DNA of 64,000 nucleotides, taken from Actinomycetes bacterium. Lineage in GTDB: Bacteria; Actinomycetota; Actinomycetes; S36-B12; UBA5976. The number at the start of each line of letters is the position of its first letter. Position 1 is the first letter of the stretch. Of the stretch, positions 47,369-56,010 are shown one piece after another. The stretch covers positions 111,768 to 175,767 of the forward strand of contig JAYQPE010000003.1 in assembly GCA_038145175.1 (NCBI GenBank), read 5' to 3'. Both the position numbers and the translations under genes were made by a program. Below the pieces are notes generated by a model that was not told the DNA's origin, ran no database searches, and saw nothing but the letters and a program-made list of their open reading frames with translations.

Positions 47369-48972
47369 TTACTTTTGAAAATGTAACTTTTAAATACAAC
47401 GATGCCGATTTTTCAATTCTTGAAAATGTTAATTTAACCATTCCAAGTGGTGAATTAGTTCTAGTTGTGGGAAAAACTGGTTCAGGTAAATCAACATTTC
47501 TGGGTTTGATTAATGGTTTAGTGCCTAATTTTTCTGGAGGAAATTTTTCAGGAGATGTAAAAGTATTTGATAGATCAATTCGAGATTTTCAACCTAGAGA
47601 TTTTGCTGATCTAGTAGGAGTAGTTAAACAAGATCCCAGATCTTCTTTTGTGACAGACAATGTTGAAGATGAAATTGCTTACAGCATGGAACAACTTGGA
47701 ATTGCAAATGACACTATGCGAAGAAGAGTGGAAGAAGTTTTAGATTTGTTGGGATTAAATGAATTAAGAAATAGATCTTTATCCACTTTGTCAGGTGGTC
47801 AGCGTCAAAGAGTTGCCATTGCCTCAGTATTAACCACGAATCCAAAAGTTTTAGTTTTAGATGAACCAACAAGTGCTCTTGATCCCAGTGCTGCAGAAGA
47901 AGTTTTATCTATCTTGCAAAGATTAGTTCACGACTTAGGTTTAACGGTTGTCTTAGCTGAACACAGGTTGGAAAGAGTTGTGCAGTACGCAGATCGAGTA
48001 ATTGTCATCGACCAAGAGGCTGAGGTTTATGCCGATAGACCAGTAAATGTGTTTGCCTCTTCTCAAATTGCTCCCCCAGTTGTTGAACTAGGTAGAAATG
48101 TTGGCTGGCATCCAGTGCCATTAACTGTTAGAGATGCCAGAAGATTTGCTGAGGAACTTAGAATACGTTTAGAAAAATCAAAACCAAGAAATAGAAATAA
48201 TCCTGCAACCCAAAAAGTTGTTGAAATTGAAAATCTTTCTTTTAACTATCCAAATATAAGAGCTTTAAGAAATATAAATTTAGAAATTAATGATGGAGAA
48301 ATTGTTTGCTTGATGGGTCGAAATGGCTCTGGAAAATCAACTCTGTTAAATCAAATTGTAGGACTATTAAGTCCAACTTCAGGAAATGTAAATATTTTAG
48401 GAAAAAAACCTAAAGAACTTACTGGTATTGAATTGATTAAAAATGTAGGACTAGTTCCCCAAGAACCAACCGATCTACTACTTTCAGATTCTGTAGCAAA
48501 AGAATGTCAAGCAAGTGATAAAGATGCGAAAGTTATTCCTGGAACAACGCTAGAAATTTTTGAACAATTAATTTCAAGTGTTTCAGAAAATACTCATCCT
48601 CGAGATCTTTCAGAGGGTGAAAAATTATCTTTAGCTCTTTCAATTGTTCTAGCTGCTAAACCTCCATTAATTCTTCTTGATGAACCAACTAGGGGTTTAG
48701 ATTATTCTGCAAAGAAAATTCTGGTTCATAATTTACAAAAATTAGGAAAAAAGAAACACACCATAATTCTTGCCACTCACGATGTTGAATTAGCAGCAGA
48801 AGTAGCGACCAGAGTCATACTTTTAGCAGATGGAGAAATAGTGACAGATGGACTTGCAAATGAAGTCTTATCTAGTTCTCCTATGTTTTCCCCACAAGTT
48901 TCAAAAGTTATGGCACCAGCGCATTGGCTTACAGTCTCTGATGTTGTTTATGCATTGGAAGAACTGAATTGA
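47365..48972 (+). CDS. fused ECF ATPase (EcfA-EcfA', two ABC domains)
   Basis: Walker A GKTGSGKST and GRNGSGKST, signatures LSGGQRQR and LSEGEKLS. ATGA overlap with the T component. Confidence 0.9.
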   Translation: MITFENVTFKYNDADFSILENVNLTIPSGELVLVVGKTGSGKSTFLGLINGLVPNFSGGNFSGDVKVFDRSIRDFQPRDFADLVGVVKQDPRSSFVTDNVEDEIAYSMEQLGIANDTMRRRVEEVLDLLGLNELRNRSLSTLSGGQRQRVAIASVLTTNPKVLVLDEPTSALDPSAAEEVLSILQRLVHDLGLTVVLAEHRLERVVQYADRVIVIDQEAEVYADRPVNVFASSQIAPPVVELGRNVGWHPVPLTVRDARRFAEELRIRLEKSKPRNRNNPATQKVVEIENLSFNYPNIRALRNINLEINDGEIVCLMGRNGSGKSTLLNQIVGLLSPTSGNVNILGKKPKELTGIELIKNVGLVPQEPTDLLLSDSVAKECQASDKDAKVIPGTTLEIFEQLISSVSENTHPRDLSEGEKLSLALSIVLAAKPPLILLDEPTRGLDYSAKKILVHNLQKLGKKKHTIILATHDVELAAEVATRVILLADGEIVTDGLANEVLSSSPMFSPQVSKVMAPAHWLTVSDVVYALEELN

Positions 48973-49751
48973 TTCAAAATAACTATTTAACAAAAATTTC
49001 ACTTCTATTAACTTCAACCATTGGAATTTTTGCATTTTTTTGGCCATTTATTATGCAGAAAAATTCAATACTAAATAACAATTCTGATAACGCTGGTTTC
49101 TTACTTTTAATTCTTGTGCCGTTAGTTTTATTCGTTGCTTTAGCTGATGTTTTGCAAGGTGGAATTGATGCCAGATCTTTAGCAATACTTGGAGTATTAA
49201 CTGCAGTAGTTGCAGCAGTTAGGCCATTGGGTGGACAAGTTGCAGGTCTTGAACCTGTATGGGCAATCATCATTATTGGTGGTCGAGCCTTAGGTCCAAG
49301 TTTTGGTTTTGTTTTAGGTTCAATTGGAATTCTTGGCTCAGCAGTTTTAACTGGAGCAATTGGACCGTGGCTTCCTTTTCAAATGATTGTTGCAGCCTGG
49401 GTTGGAGCAATAGCAGGATTGTTACCAAAACTAAAAGGCAATAAAGAAATCGTTATGTTGATAATTTATGGTTTTTTTGTGGGATTTTTTGCAGGACTAT
49501 TACTTAATTTATGGTTTTGGCCTTTTGCCAATGGGCTCATACCTGAAATTTCATTTCAACCAGGAATTGGTTTTAGTGATCAATTTATGCGTTGGATTAG
49601 ATTTAGTTTGCTAACAAGTTTTGGCTTTGACTTACCCCGTGGAATATTAACTGCCATACTCTTAAGTTTTCTAGCAAAACCATTATTAAAGGCCATGAGA
49701 CGAATGACCAAAAAGGCTAACTTTAATAAACCTGTAGTCTTACATGCGTGA
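48969..49751 (+). CDS. putative ECF substrate-capture (S) component
   Basis: 260 aa, 6-7 TM, with no other recognisable domain. Translationally coupled (TTGA overlap) to the ATPase gene. Confidence 0.6.
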   Translation: MIQNNYLTKISLLLTSTIGIFAFFWPFIMQKNSILNNNSDNAGFLLLILVPLVLFVALADVLQGGIDARSLAILGVLTAVVAAVRPLGGQVAGLEPVWAIIIIGGRALGPSFGFVLGSIGILGSAVLTGAIGPWLPFQMIVAAWVGAIAGLLPKLKGNKEIVMLIIYGFFVGFFAGLLLNLWFWPFANGLIPEISFQPGIGFSDQFMRWIRFSLLTSFGFDLPRGILTAILLSFLAKPLLKAMRRMTKKANFNKPVVLHA

Positions 49752-50380
49752 TTAATTCAGTCTTAGCTTTAGGTTTTGAATCAGATAACTTCAATTGGTC
49801 TGATATTTCTCCATTAAGTCTTGAGCAAAAAAGTTTAAGTCCAGATTCTGAAAATGATATAAATAAAGCAATTGATGCAAACGTAAGCCTTCTTGGTCTT
49901 TATTTAGGTAATGACATTGTTAAAGCTGCAAGTCTTATCGGAGCCTTTTACAGTATTGATTCTGCATCACTTTTAGGTAAATCAAGTGTCGGCCAAGATG
50001 AATCTTGGATTGAAAATGCCACAAAGTTAAGAGATTTATTAAGACAAACTAGAACTTTAAAATCAGAACAAGAACAATTATTAAATATTTCTCTTGGAGA
50101 AAACTCAATTTATTCATTAAAAGCATTAAATGCTGCTACTGAGAGAAAAACCCGAGTGGTCTTAGTTGGTTTTGGTGCCATTGCTTTAGGTTTTCTTGCC
50201 ATGAGAGGAAATTCAAAAATAAAAGATTATTTAATGATTGCAAACACTCCAGTAATACCTGCAATTATCGAAGCGCATAAATATATGGGCTGCAAAATCA
50301 TTATGAACACAAAAGAAAATATTCATCCCTTAGCAGAACTTGCTTTGTCTGTGGGAATTTTAAAAGCTAGCGAACTTTAG
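49748..50380 (+). CDS. truncated, divergent CobT-like protein (nicotinate-nucleotide:DMB phosphoribosyltransferase homologue lacking the N-terminal third)
   Basis: 210 aa. By-eye matches to CobT: LGNDIVKAASLIG against GxGNTT, RVVLVGFGAIALGFLA against PVLLDGFxxxAAALxA, and NTKENIHPLAELA against RLGEGSGAALA. It sits where cobT (Rv2207) sits in M. tuberculosis. GTGA overlap with the S component. Confidence 0.45.
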   Translation: MINSVLALGFESDNFNWSDISPLSLEQKSLSPDSENDINKAIDANVSLLGLYLGNDIVKAASLIGAFYSIDSASLLGKSSVGQDESWIENATKLRDLLRQTRTLKSEQEQLLNISLGENSIYSLKALNAATERKTRVVLVGFGAIALGFLAMRGNSKIKDYLMIANTPVIPAIIEAHKYMGCKIIMNTKENIHPLAELALSVGILKASEL

Positions 50381-51470
50381 GAGCAACAAAAGGAGGTTTA
50401 ACAACTTCGAATTCAGAAGTTCTACCTCTAACATCAACTTCTACTTTGTCTCCTACTTTTACCGATGATTCAAGTAAGGCAAGTGAAATTCCAACTTTTA
50501 AACTCGGAGAAAAAGTTCCGCTGGTTATTTCTCCAATTTCTTTTCCATCTTTAAGAACTTTCATGTGACTTCGAGGAATTGCTCTTTCAATAGCTTTTAA
50601 ACCAAAAAGTTTTCGCTTTACCCCATCAGATTTTTCTTTTACCAAAGCACTTTTGCCGATAAAGGATTCTTTATCTAAAATTACCGCCCAATTAAGACCT
50701 GCTTCTAACGGAGAAATATTTAGAGAAATATCTTGTCCGTGCAACGGATATCCCATTTCTGTTCTTAAGGTATCTCTTGCGCCCAAACCAACTGGTTTTG
50801 CTCCATATTTTTCACCAACTTTTAAAACTTCATCAAAAAACTTCTCAGCATCTTGGGCAGGGATTAATACTTCAACACCTTTTTCACCTGTGTAACCTGT
50901 TCTGCAAACTGTAATTTGAGTTTGTTTCCATGAAACATCTTTAAACGACATGTATTCAAGATCAGTTGGAAGATCTAAATCTTTCATTAAGTCAAAGCTT
51001 TTTGGTCCTTGAATTGCAATGATGGCAATGTCTTTATGAAGATTTGTAATCACATTATTTGTGGGAATATTTTGTTTAATGATTTCTAAAACAGTGGTGG
51101 CATTTCCTGCATTTGGAATGAGAAGAATTTCATCTTCTGCTCGTAAATAAACGATCAAATCATCTACAACTGTTCCATCTTTGGATAAAAGCATCGAATA
51201 TTGAGCTTGACCAGGTTTGATTCTATTAATGTCATTTGTTAAAACTTTATTTAAATTTTGAGCAGCATTTGGGCCTTTAATTGTTGCCGTTCCTAAATGA
51301 GAAACATCAAAAATTCCTACAGCTTCTCTTGTTGCAGTGTGCTCTGTGACAACTCCCAGACCGTGATATTCAATTGGCATTTGCCAACCACCAAACGGTG
51401 CAAATTTTGCACCTAACAAAACATGTTTTGCGTTTAGCGGTGACTCTATTAGTTTGGCTGCTTCACTCAT
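50367..51470 (-). CDS. gcvT: glycine cleavage system aminomethyltransferase
   Basis: 367 aa. GIFDVSHLG, RTGYTGEKGVE and LGARDTLR motifs. Confidence 0.94.
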   Translation of the reverse strand: MSEAAKLIESPLNAKHVLLGAKFAPFGGWQMPIEYHGLGVVTEHTATREAVGIFDVSHLGTATIKGPNAAQNLNKVLTNDINRIKPGQAQYSMLLSKDGTVVDDLIVYLRAEDEILLIPNAGNATTVLEIIKQNIPTNNVITNLHKDIAIIAIQGPKSFDLMKDLDLPTDLEYMSFKDVSWKQTQITVCRTGYTGEKGVEVLIPAQDAEKFFDEVLKVGEKYGAKPVGLGARDTLRTEMGYPLHGQDISLNISPLEAGLNWAVILDKESFIGKSALVKEKSDGVKRKLFGLKAIERAIPRSHMKVLKDGKEIGEITSGTFSPSLKVGISLALLESSVKVGDKVEVDVRGRTSEFEVVKPPFVAPKVR

Positions 51471-51498
51471 AATTATTAACGCTACTAGGCTATTTACT

Positions 51499-52986
51499 AT
51501 GTCAATTACTCGACTTATTGATTCATACGAAATTAGTGCAAACGATGTACTTGTCGTTGGCTTTGCCCAGACAGATAACTCATTTGAACTTTTAGAGTCA
51601 GCTTTACCAATGGATCCATCTTTGAAATTACAAATAAATCAAGCACTAAAGTTGACCAGTTTTTCAGCAAAAAAATCAGAAACTTCATTCTTAACAATTA
51701 ACTCAGGAGTTCTTTGTGTAGGTCTTGGAAAAATTGAAAAATCTGAACCAATTAACTTAGAAACATTAAGAAGAGCAGCAGGTACTGCAAGCAGAAGTTT
51801 AGTTGGAAAAAGTTCTGCCTTATTTGCATTACCTAATAAAAACTTAACCCAAACTCATGCAGTGGTTATGGGAGTCGAATTAGGTGCTTATAGTTTTCAA
51901 GAATTTAAAACTAAAAAAGAAGACAAAAATAATCCCTTACAAACAGCAAAAATACTTGTCACAGAAGTAAAGAATAATCAAAAAATATTTGAAGAAGCAC
52001 AAATTATTGCTGAATCAGTATTAAATGTAAGAAATTTAGTCAACACTCCCCCAAGTCATATGTATCCATCTGTTTTTGCTGATTATGTAAAAAAGAGTTT
52101 TAAAAGAGGCTCAAAAGTAAGTTTAGAAATACTTGATGAAAAAGTATTAAAGAAAAAAGGTTATGGCGCCCTAATTGGAGTGGGACAAGGTTCAATTAAT
52201 CCCCCAAGATTTGTAAGAGCTACTTACAAAGTTAAAGGTGCAAAATTTCATTTAGCTTTAGTTGGCAAAGGAATCACTTTTGATACTGGTGGTATTTCTT
52301 TAAAACCTCCAGCTTCAATGCACACCATGAAATGCGATATGGCAGGAGCCGCCACAGTTATCGAAACACTTAGAGCAATTTCCAAACTAGATTTAAAAAT
52401 TAACGTAACTGCTTATGCGGCATTGGCAGAAAACATGCCTTCTGCAACAGCTCAAAGACCTAGCGATGTCGTTACGACCTACAGCGGAAAAACTATTGAA
52501 GTGCTAAATACAGATGCAGAAGGAAGATTAGTCCTTGCAGATGCACTTGGCAGAGCCCAAGAAGACAAACCAGATTTAATTGTTGATGTTGCCACTTTAA
52601 CTGGTGCTGCAACTATTGCACTTGGTTCTAGAACTGCAGGAATTATGTCTAATAAAGATGACGCACGTGATCAAGTTTTTGCAAGCGCAAAAGAATCTGG
52701 TGAATCAATGTGGCCAATGCAAATACCAGAAGAAATTAGAACAGTACTTGATTCAAAAACTGCAGATATTGCAAACGTTGGATTTACTCCAAATCCTGCA
52801 GGAGGAATGATGCTAGGTGCAGCATTCTTAAAAGAATTTGTTGATGAAAAAACTGCATGGGTTCATTTAGATATTGCACCACCTGCATTTAATGAAGGTG
52901 CTGCATATGGATACACAAATTTTGGTGGAACAGGTGTTGGGGTTAGAACTTTAGTTAATCTTGCACAAAAGTTACAAAATCGTTAA
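51499..52986 (+). CDS. pepA: leucyl aminopeptidase (M17)
   Basis: NTDAEGRLVLADAL and VGKGITFDTGGISLKP motifs. The start is taken at ATG 51499, because the track's TTG at 51454 lies inside gcvT. Confidence 0.9.
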   Translation: MSITRLIDSYEISANDVLVVGFAQTDNSFELLESALPMDPSLKLQINQALKLTSFSAKKSETSFLTINSGVLCVGLGKIEKSEPINLETLRRAAGTASRSLVGKSSALFALPNKNLTQTHAVVMGVELGAYSFQEFKTKKEDKNNPLQTAKILVTEVKNNQKIFEEAQIIAESVLNVRNLVNTPPSHMYPSVFADYVKKSFKRGSKVSLEILDEKVLKKKGYGALIGVGQGSINPPRFVRATYKVKGAKFHLALVGKGITFDTGGISLKPPASMHTMKCDMAGAATVIETLRAISKLDLKINVTAYAALAENMPSATAQRPSDVVTTYSGKTIEVLNTDAEGRLVLADALGRAQEDKPDLIVDVATLTGAATIALGSRTAGIMSNKDDARDQVFASAKESGESMWPMQIPEEIRTVLDSKTADIANVGFTPNPAGGMMLGAAFLKEFVDEKTAWVHLDIAPPAFNEGAAYGYTNFGGTGVGVRTLVNLAQKLQNR

Positions 52987-53114
52987 ATTTCCTCACAAAA
53001 TTAAAATTTTTTGCTCATATTTTTTTAAATGGTAGACTCTTTGTATAACTAGAAATTAGGTGATATTCCTACTTTATTTAAATACCAAATATTTAAATAA
53101 CTTTTGTAGTAAAT

Positions 53115-54509
53115 ATGTTTACATCTAAACCGCATAAAGAAACTTATAGATTTATACCTGAAAATCCAAAACCATTAAATGCAACAAAAGTTTCAAGTTT
53201 GCTTGATAATGAATGGTTGAACTTTAAATTAAGAACTGGTATTTCAGAAAAAGAATCTTATTTAGCTTCAAAAGTTACTCCTCTAGGAGTTGCTTCAAGT
53301 TTTCAACATTGGGCGCCATATCCAATTTCAATAGCTAGTGCCAATGGTGCATGGATGCAAGATGTTGATGGAAGAAAATTATTAGATTTATCGATGGGCT
53401 TTGGTGCAGTACTTGCAGGACATTTGCATCCAGTAGTAGTAAATGAAATCAAAGAATCTTTAAACGATGGAATGCTTTTTGTAACTCCTTCTCCCATAAC
53501 CAGAGATGCCGCTGAAAGAATCTGTAATCGATTTGGCATAGATATGGTCAGATTTACAAATTCTGGAACCGAATCGACAATGTATGCCACCAGGTTGGCC
53601 AAAGTCTTTTCTGGCAAAAATGCGATTGTCAAAGTTGAAGGCGGCTACCACGGAAGCTTTGATCCATTAATGGTTTCTGCTAAACCTAATTTAAAAGATG
53701 CCGGTGATCCAACAAGTCCTAATTCAGTTGCTCAATCTGGGACTGAACCTGGTCAAGTTTTTGTAGTTCCTTACAACAATTTGGATGCTTTAGAGAAAGT
53801 TTTCCGCGAGCATCACTTAGAAATAGCCTGTTTCATATTAGAACCAGTTTTAGAAAATATAGCCATTGTCTTGCCTGATGAAGGTTATCTAGAAAAGGTT
53901 AGGCAACTATGCGATCAATACAACATAGTGTTGATATTTGATGAAGTTAAAACAGGCCTGACCGCAGGACACCAGGGTGCTGCTCAAAGACTAAAAGTAA
54001 AACCAGATTTGATCACCATTGCTAAATCAATTGGTGGTGGAGTTCCAGTAGCTGCCTTTGGCGGTAAAAAAGAAATTATGGAATCTATAACCAATGGCAA
54101 TATGGCCCACTTTGGAACTTTTAATGGAAATCCACTAGCGATGGCAGGTATTAGAGCAATGGATGCCATAGCAACTAAGAAAAATCTTGATAAGGCAGAG
54201 AAATTAAACCTTCAAGCTTTAACTCGCATCACTGAAATTATTGAAGAATACGAACTTCCAGCTCATACAGTTGGTTTTGGAGTTAAGGGTTGTGTTACTT
54301 GGGCAACTACTCCAGTTAGAAATTATCGAGACTATAAAGCAACAGATTTTCAAGTGGCAGAATTTTCTTGGCTTTGGTCATTAAACCGAGGCATCATCAC
54401 TCCACCTGGTTTAGATGAACAGTGGTTGATAAGCCTTGCCCATGAACAACATGAAATAGATGTGCTGGTTGAGAACTTCCAAGAAATGGCTGTGGCGCTT
54501 CGTAGTTAA
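53115..54509 (+). CDS. class III (GSA-aminomutase-like) PLP-dependent aminotransferase
   Basis: 464 aa. SGTESTMYATRLAK, LIFDEVKTG, and the PLP-Lys in DLITIAKSIGGG. Confidence 0.85.
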   Translation: MFTSKPHKETYRFIPENPKPLNATKVSSLLDNEWLNFKLRTGISEKESYLASKVTPLGVASSFQHWAPYPISIASANGAWMQDVDGRKLLDLSMGFGAVLAGHLHPVVVNEIKESLNDGMLFVTPSPITRDAAERICNRFGIDMVRFTNSGTESTMYATRLAKVFSGKNAIVKVEGGYHGSFDPLMVSAKPNLKDAGDPTSPNSVAQSGTEPGQVFVVPYNNLDALEKVFREHHLEIACFILEPVLENIAIVLPDEGYLEKVRQLCDQYNIVLIFDEVKTGLTAGHQGAAQRLKVKPDLITIAKSIGGGVPVAAFGGKKEIMESITNGNMAHFGTFNGNPLAMAGIRAMDAIATKKNLDKAEKLNLQALTRITEIIEEYELPAHTVGFGVKGCVTWATTPVRNYRDYKATDFQVAEFSWLWSLNRGIITPPGLDEQWLISLAHEQHEIDVLVENFQEMAVALRS

Positions 54510-54597
54510 TTGACGGGTAACTTCTTACTTTCGTGAAACCCAAAATTGCTCAAAACTTATCCCGTGGAAAGATAGTCATTAAGAAACCTCACGAGGG

Positions 54598-55995
54598 TTG
54601 ATTAATGAAAGGTTCCAAGTGGCCACATACGATCTAGTAATCCTTGGAGCAGGAAGTGGCGGTTACGCTGCTGCATTACGTGGATCTCAATTAGGTTTAA
54701 AAGTCGCATTAATTGAAAAAGATGTTTTAGGTGGTACTTGTTTACATCGTGGTTGTATTCCAACCAAAGCACTATTACATGCTGCAGAAATAGCTGACAA
54801 CGTTAGAGAATCAGCATCATTTGGAATTAAATCAAGTTTATTAGGCGTTGATATGCCTGAAGTAAATAATTACAAAGATGGAGTTATTAATCGCTTATAT
54901 AAAGGTTTACAAGGCTTAGTAAAACACCGTGGGGTTGACTACATAACTGGAGAAGGAAAATTCCAAGCTCCAAACAAAGTAAAAGTTGGTGACCAAGTAT
55001 TTGAAGGAAAATATGTTTTATTAGCCACCGGATCTTTTCCTAAATCACTTCCTGGTTTAGAAATTGATGGTCAACAAGTAATAACTTCTGAACATGCATT
55101 AAAACTAACTTCTGTGCCATCAAGTGTGGTAATTCTTGGTGGCGGAGTAATTGGTGTGGAATTTGCAAGTGTTTGGAAATCACTTGGTTCAGATGTAACC
55201 ATCATTGAAGGTTTACCAAGATTAGTTCCTGCTGAAGACGAAGCTGTTTCAAAAGCAATGGAAAGAGCTTTTAGAAAAAGAGGAATTAATTTTTCAACAG
55301 GAGTCAGATTTGCCGGTGTTGATAAAACTAAACATGGCATTGTGGCAAAACTTGAAGATGGACAAACTTTTGCAGCTGATTTAATGCTTGTGGCAGTAGG
55401 AAGAGGATCAAGCACCAGAAAACAAGGTTTTGAAGAAGCAGGGTTAGCTTTTGAAGGTGAATTACTAAAAGTTAATGAAAATCTTCAAACTAATTTAAAC
55501 AACGTTTACGCAGTTGGAGATATTGTTCGTGGACCACAATTGGCACATAAAGGATTCCAAGAAGGAATATTTGTAGCAGAGCACATTAAAGGTTTAAACC
55601 CAAGAGTTATCGATATAACTGCAATTCCTAGAGTTACATATTCTGATCCTGAAATTGCCAGTGTTGGATTAAATGAAACAGCTGCTAAAGAAAAATATGG
55701 TGCTGATCAAATAAGAAGTATTCAATACGATTTAGCTGGAAATGGTAAGAGTCAGATTTTAAAAACTGCAGGTTTTATAAAAATTATTGCTTTAAAAAAT
55801 GGAGGCAAAGTTGTTGGTATCCACATGATTGGTGCAAGAGTTGGAGAATTGTTAGCTGAAGCTCAAATGATGTATTCATGGGAAGCAGCTCCTGAAGATG
55901 TTGCACCATATGTTCACGCGCATCCAACAATGTCGGAAGCAATGGGTGAAGCAGCAATGGCTTTATCAGGTAAACCACTTCACGCACACGATTAA
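54598..55995 (+). CDS. lpd: dihydrolipoyl dehydrogenase (E3)
   Basis: GAGSGGY FAD motif, redox disulfide GGTCLHRGCIPTK, and C-terminal HAHPTMSE. The start may be GTG 54619, which has GAAAGG 6 nt upstream. Confidence 0.93.
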   Translation: MINERFQVATYDLVILGAGSGGYAAALRGSQLGLKVALIEKDVLGGTCLHRGCIPTKALLHAAEIADNVRESASFGIKSSLLGVDMPEVNNYKDGVINRLYKGLQGLVKHRGVDYITGEGKFQAPNKVKVGDQVFEGKYVLLATGSFPKSLPGLEIDGQQVITSEHALKLTSVPSSVVILGGGVIGVEFASVWKSLGSDVTIIEGLPRLVPAEDEAVSKAMERAFRKRGINFSTGVRFAGVDKTKHGIVAKLEDGQTFAADLMLVAVGRGSSTRKQGFEEAGLAFEGELLKVNENLQTNLNNVYAVGDIVRGPQLAHKGFQEGIFVAEHIKGLNPRVIDITAIPRVTYSDPEIASVGLNETAAKEKYGADQIRSIQYDLAGNGKSQILKTAGFIKIIALKNGGKVVGIHMIGARVGELLAEAQMMYSWEAAPEDVAPYVHAHPTMSEAMGEAAMALSGKPLHAHD

Positions 55996-56010
55996 AAAGG
56001 AAAAATATAA

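Noticed and set aside
51471-51498. Glycine riboswitch upstream of gcvT
   Set aside because: Only about 28 nt separate gcvT from pepA, and the sequence beyond that is pepA coding. There is no room for the aptamers, which need about 100-200 nt.
53074-53100. Repeated AT palindrome TATTTAAATA-CCAA-ATATTTAAATA upstream of the class III aminotransferase
   Set aside because: Such self-complementary A/T strings arise easily by chance in an AT-rich promoter region. Without conservation data it cannot be distinguished from a simple -10/UP-like sequence.
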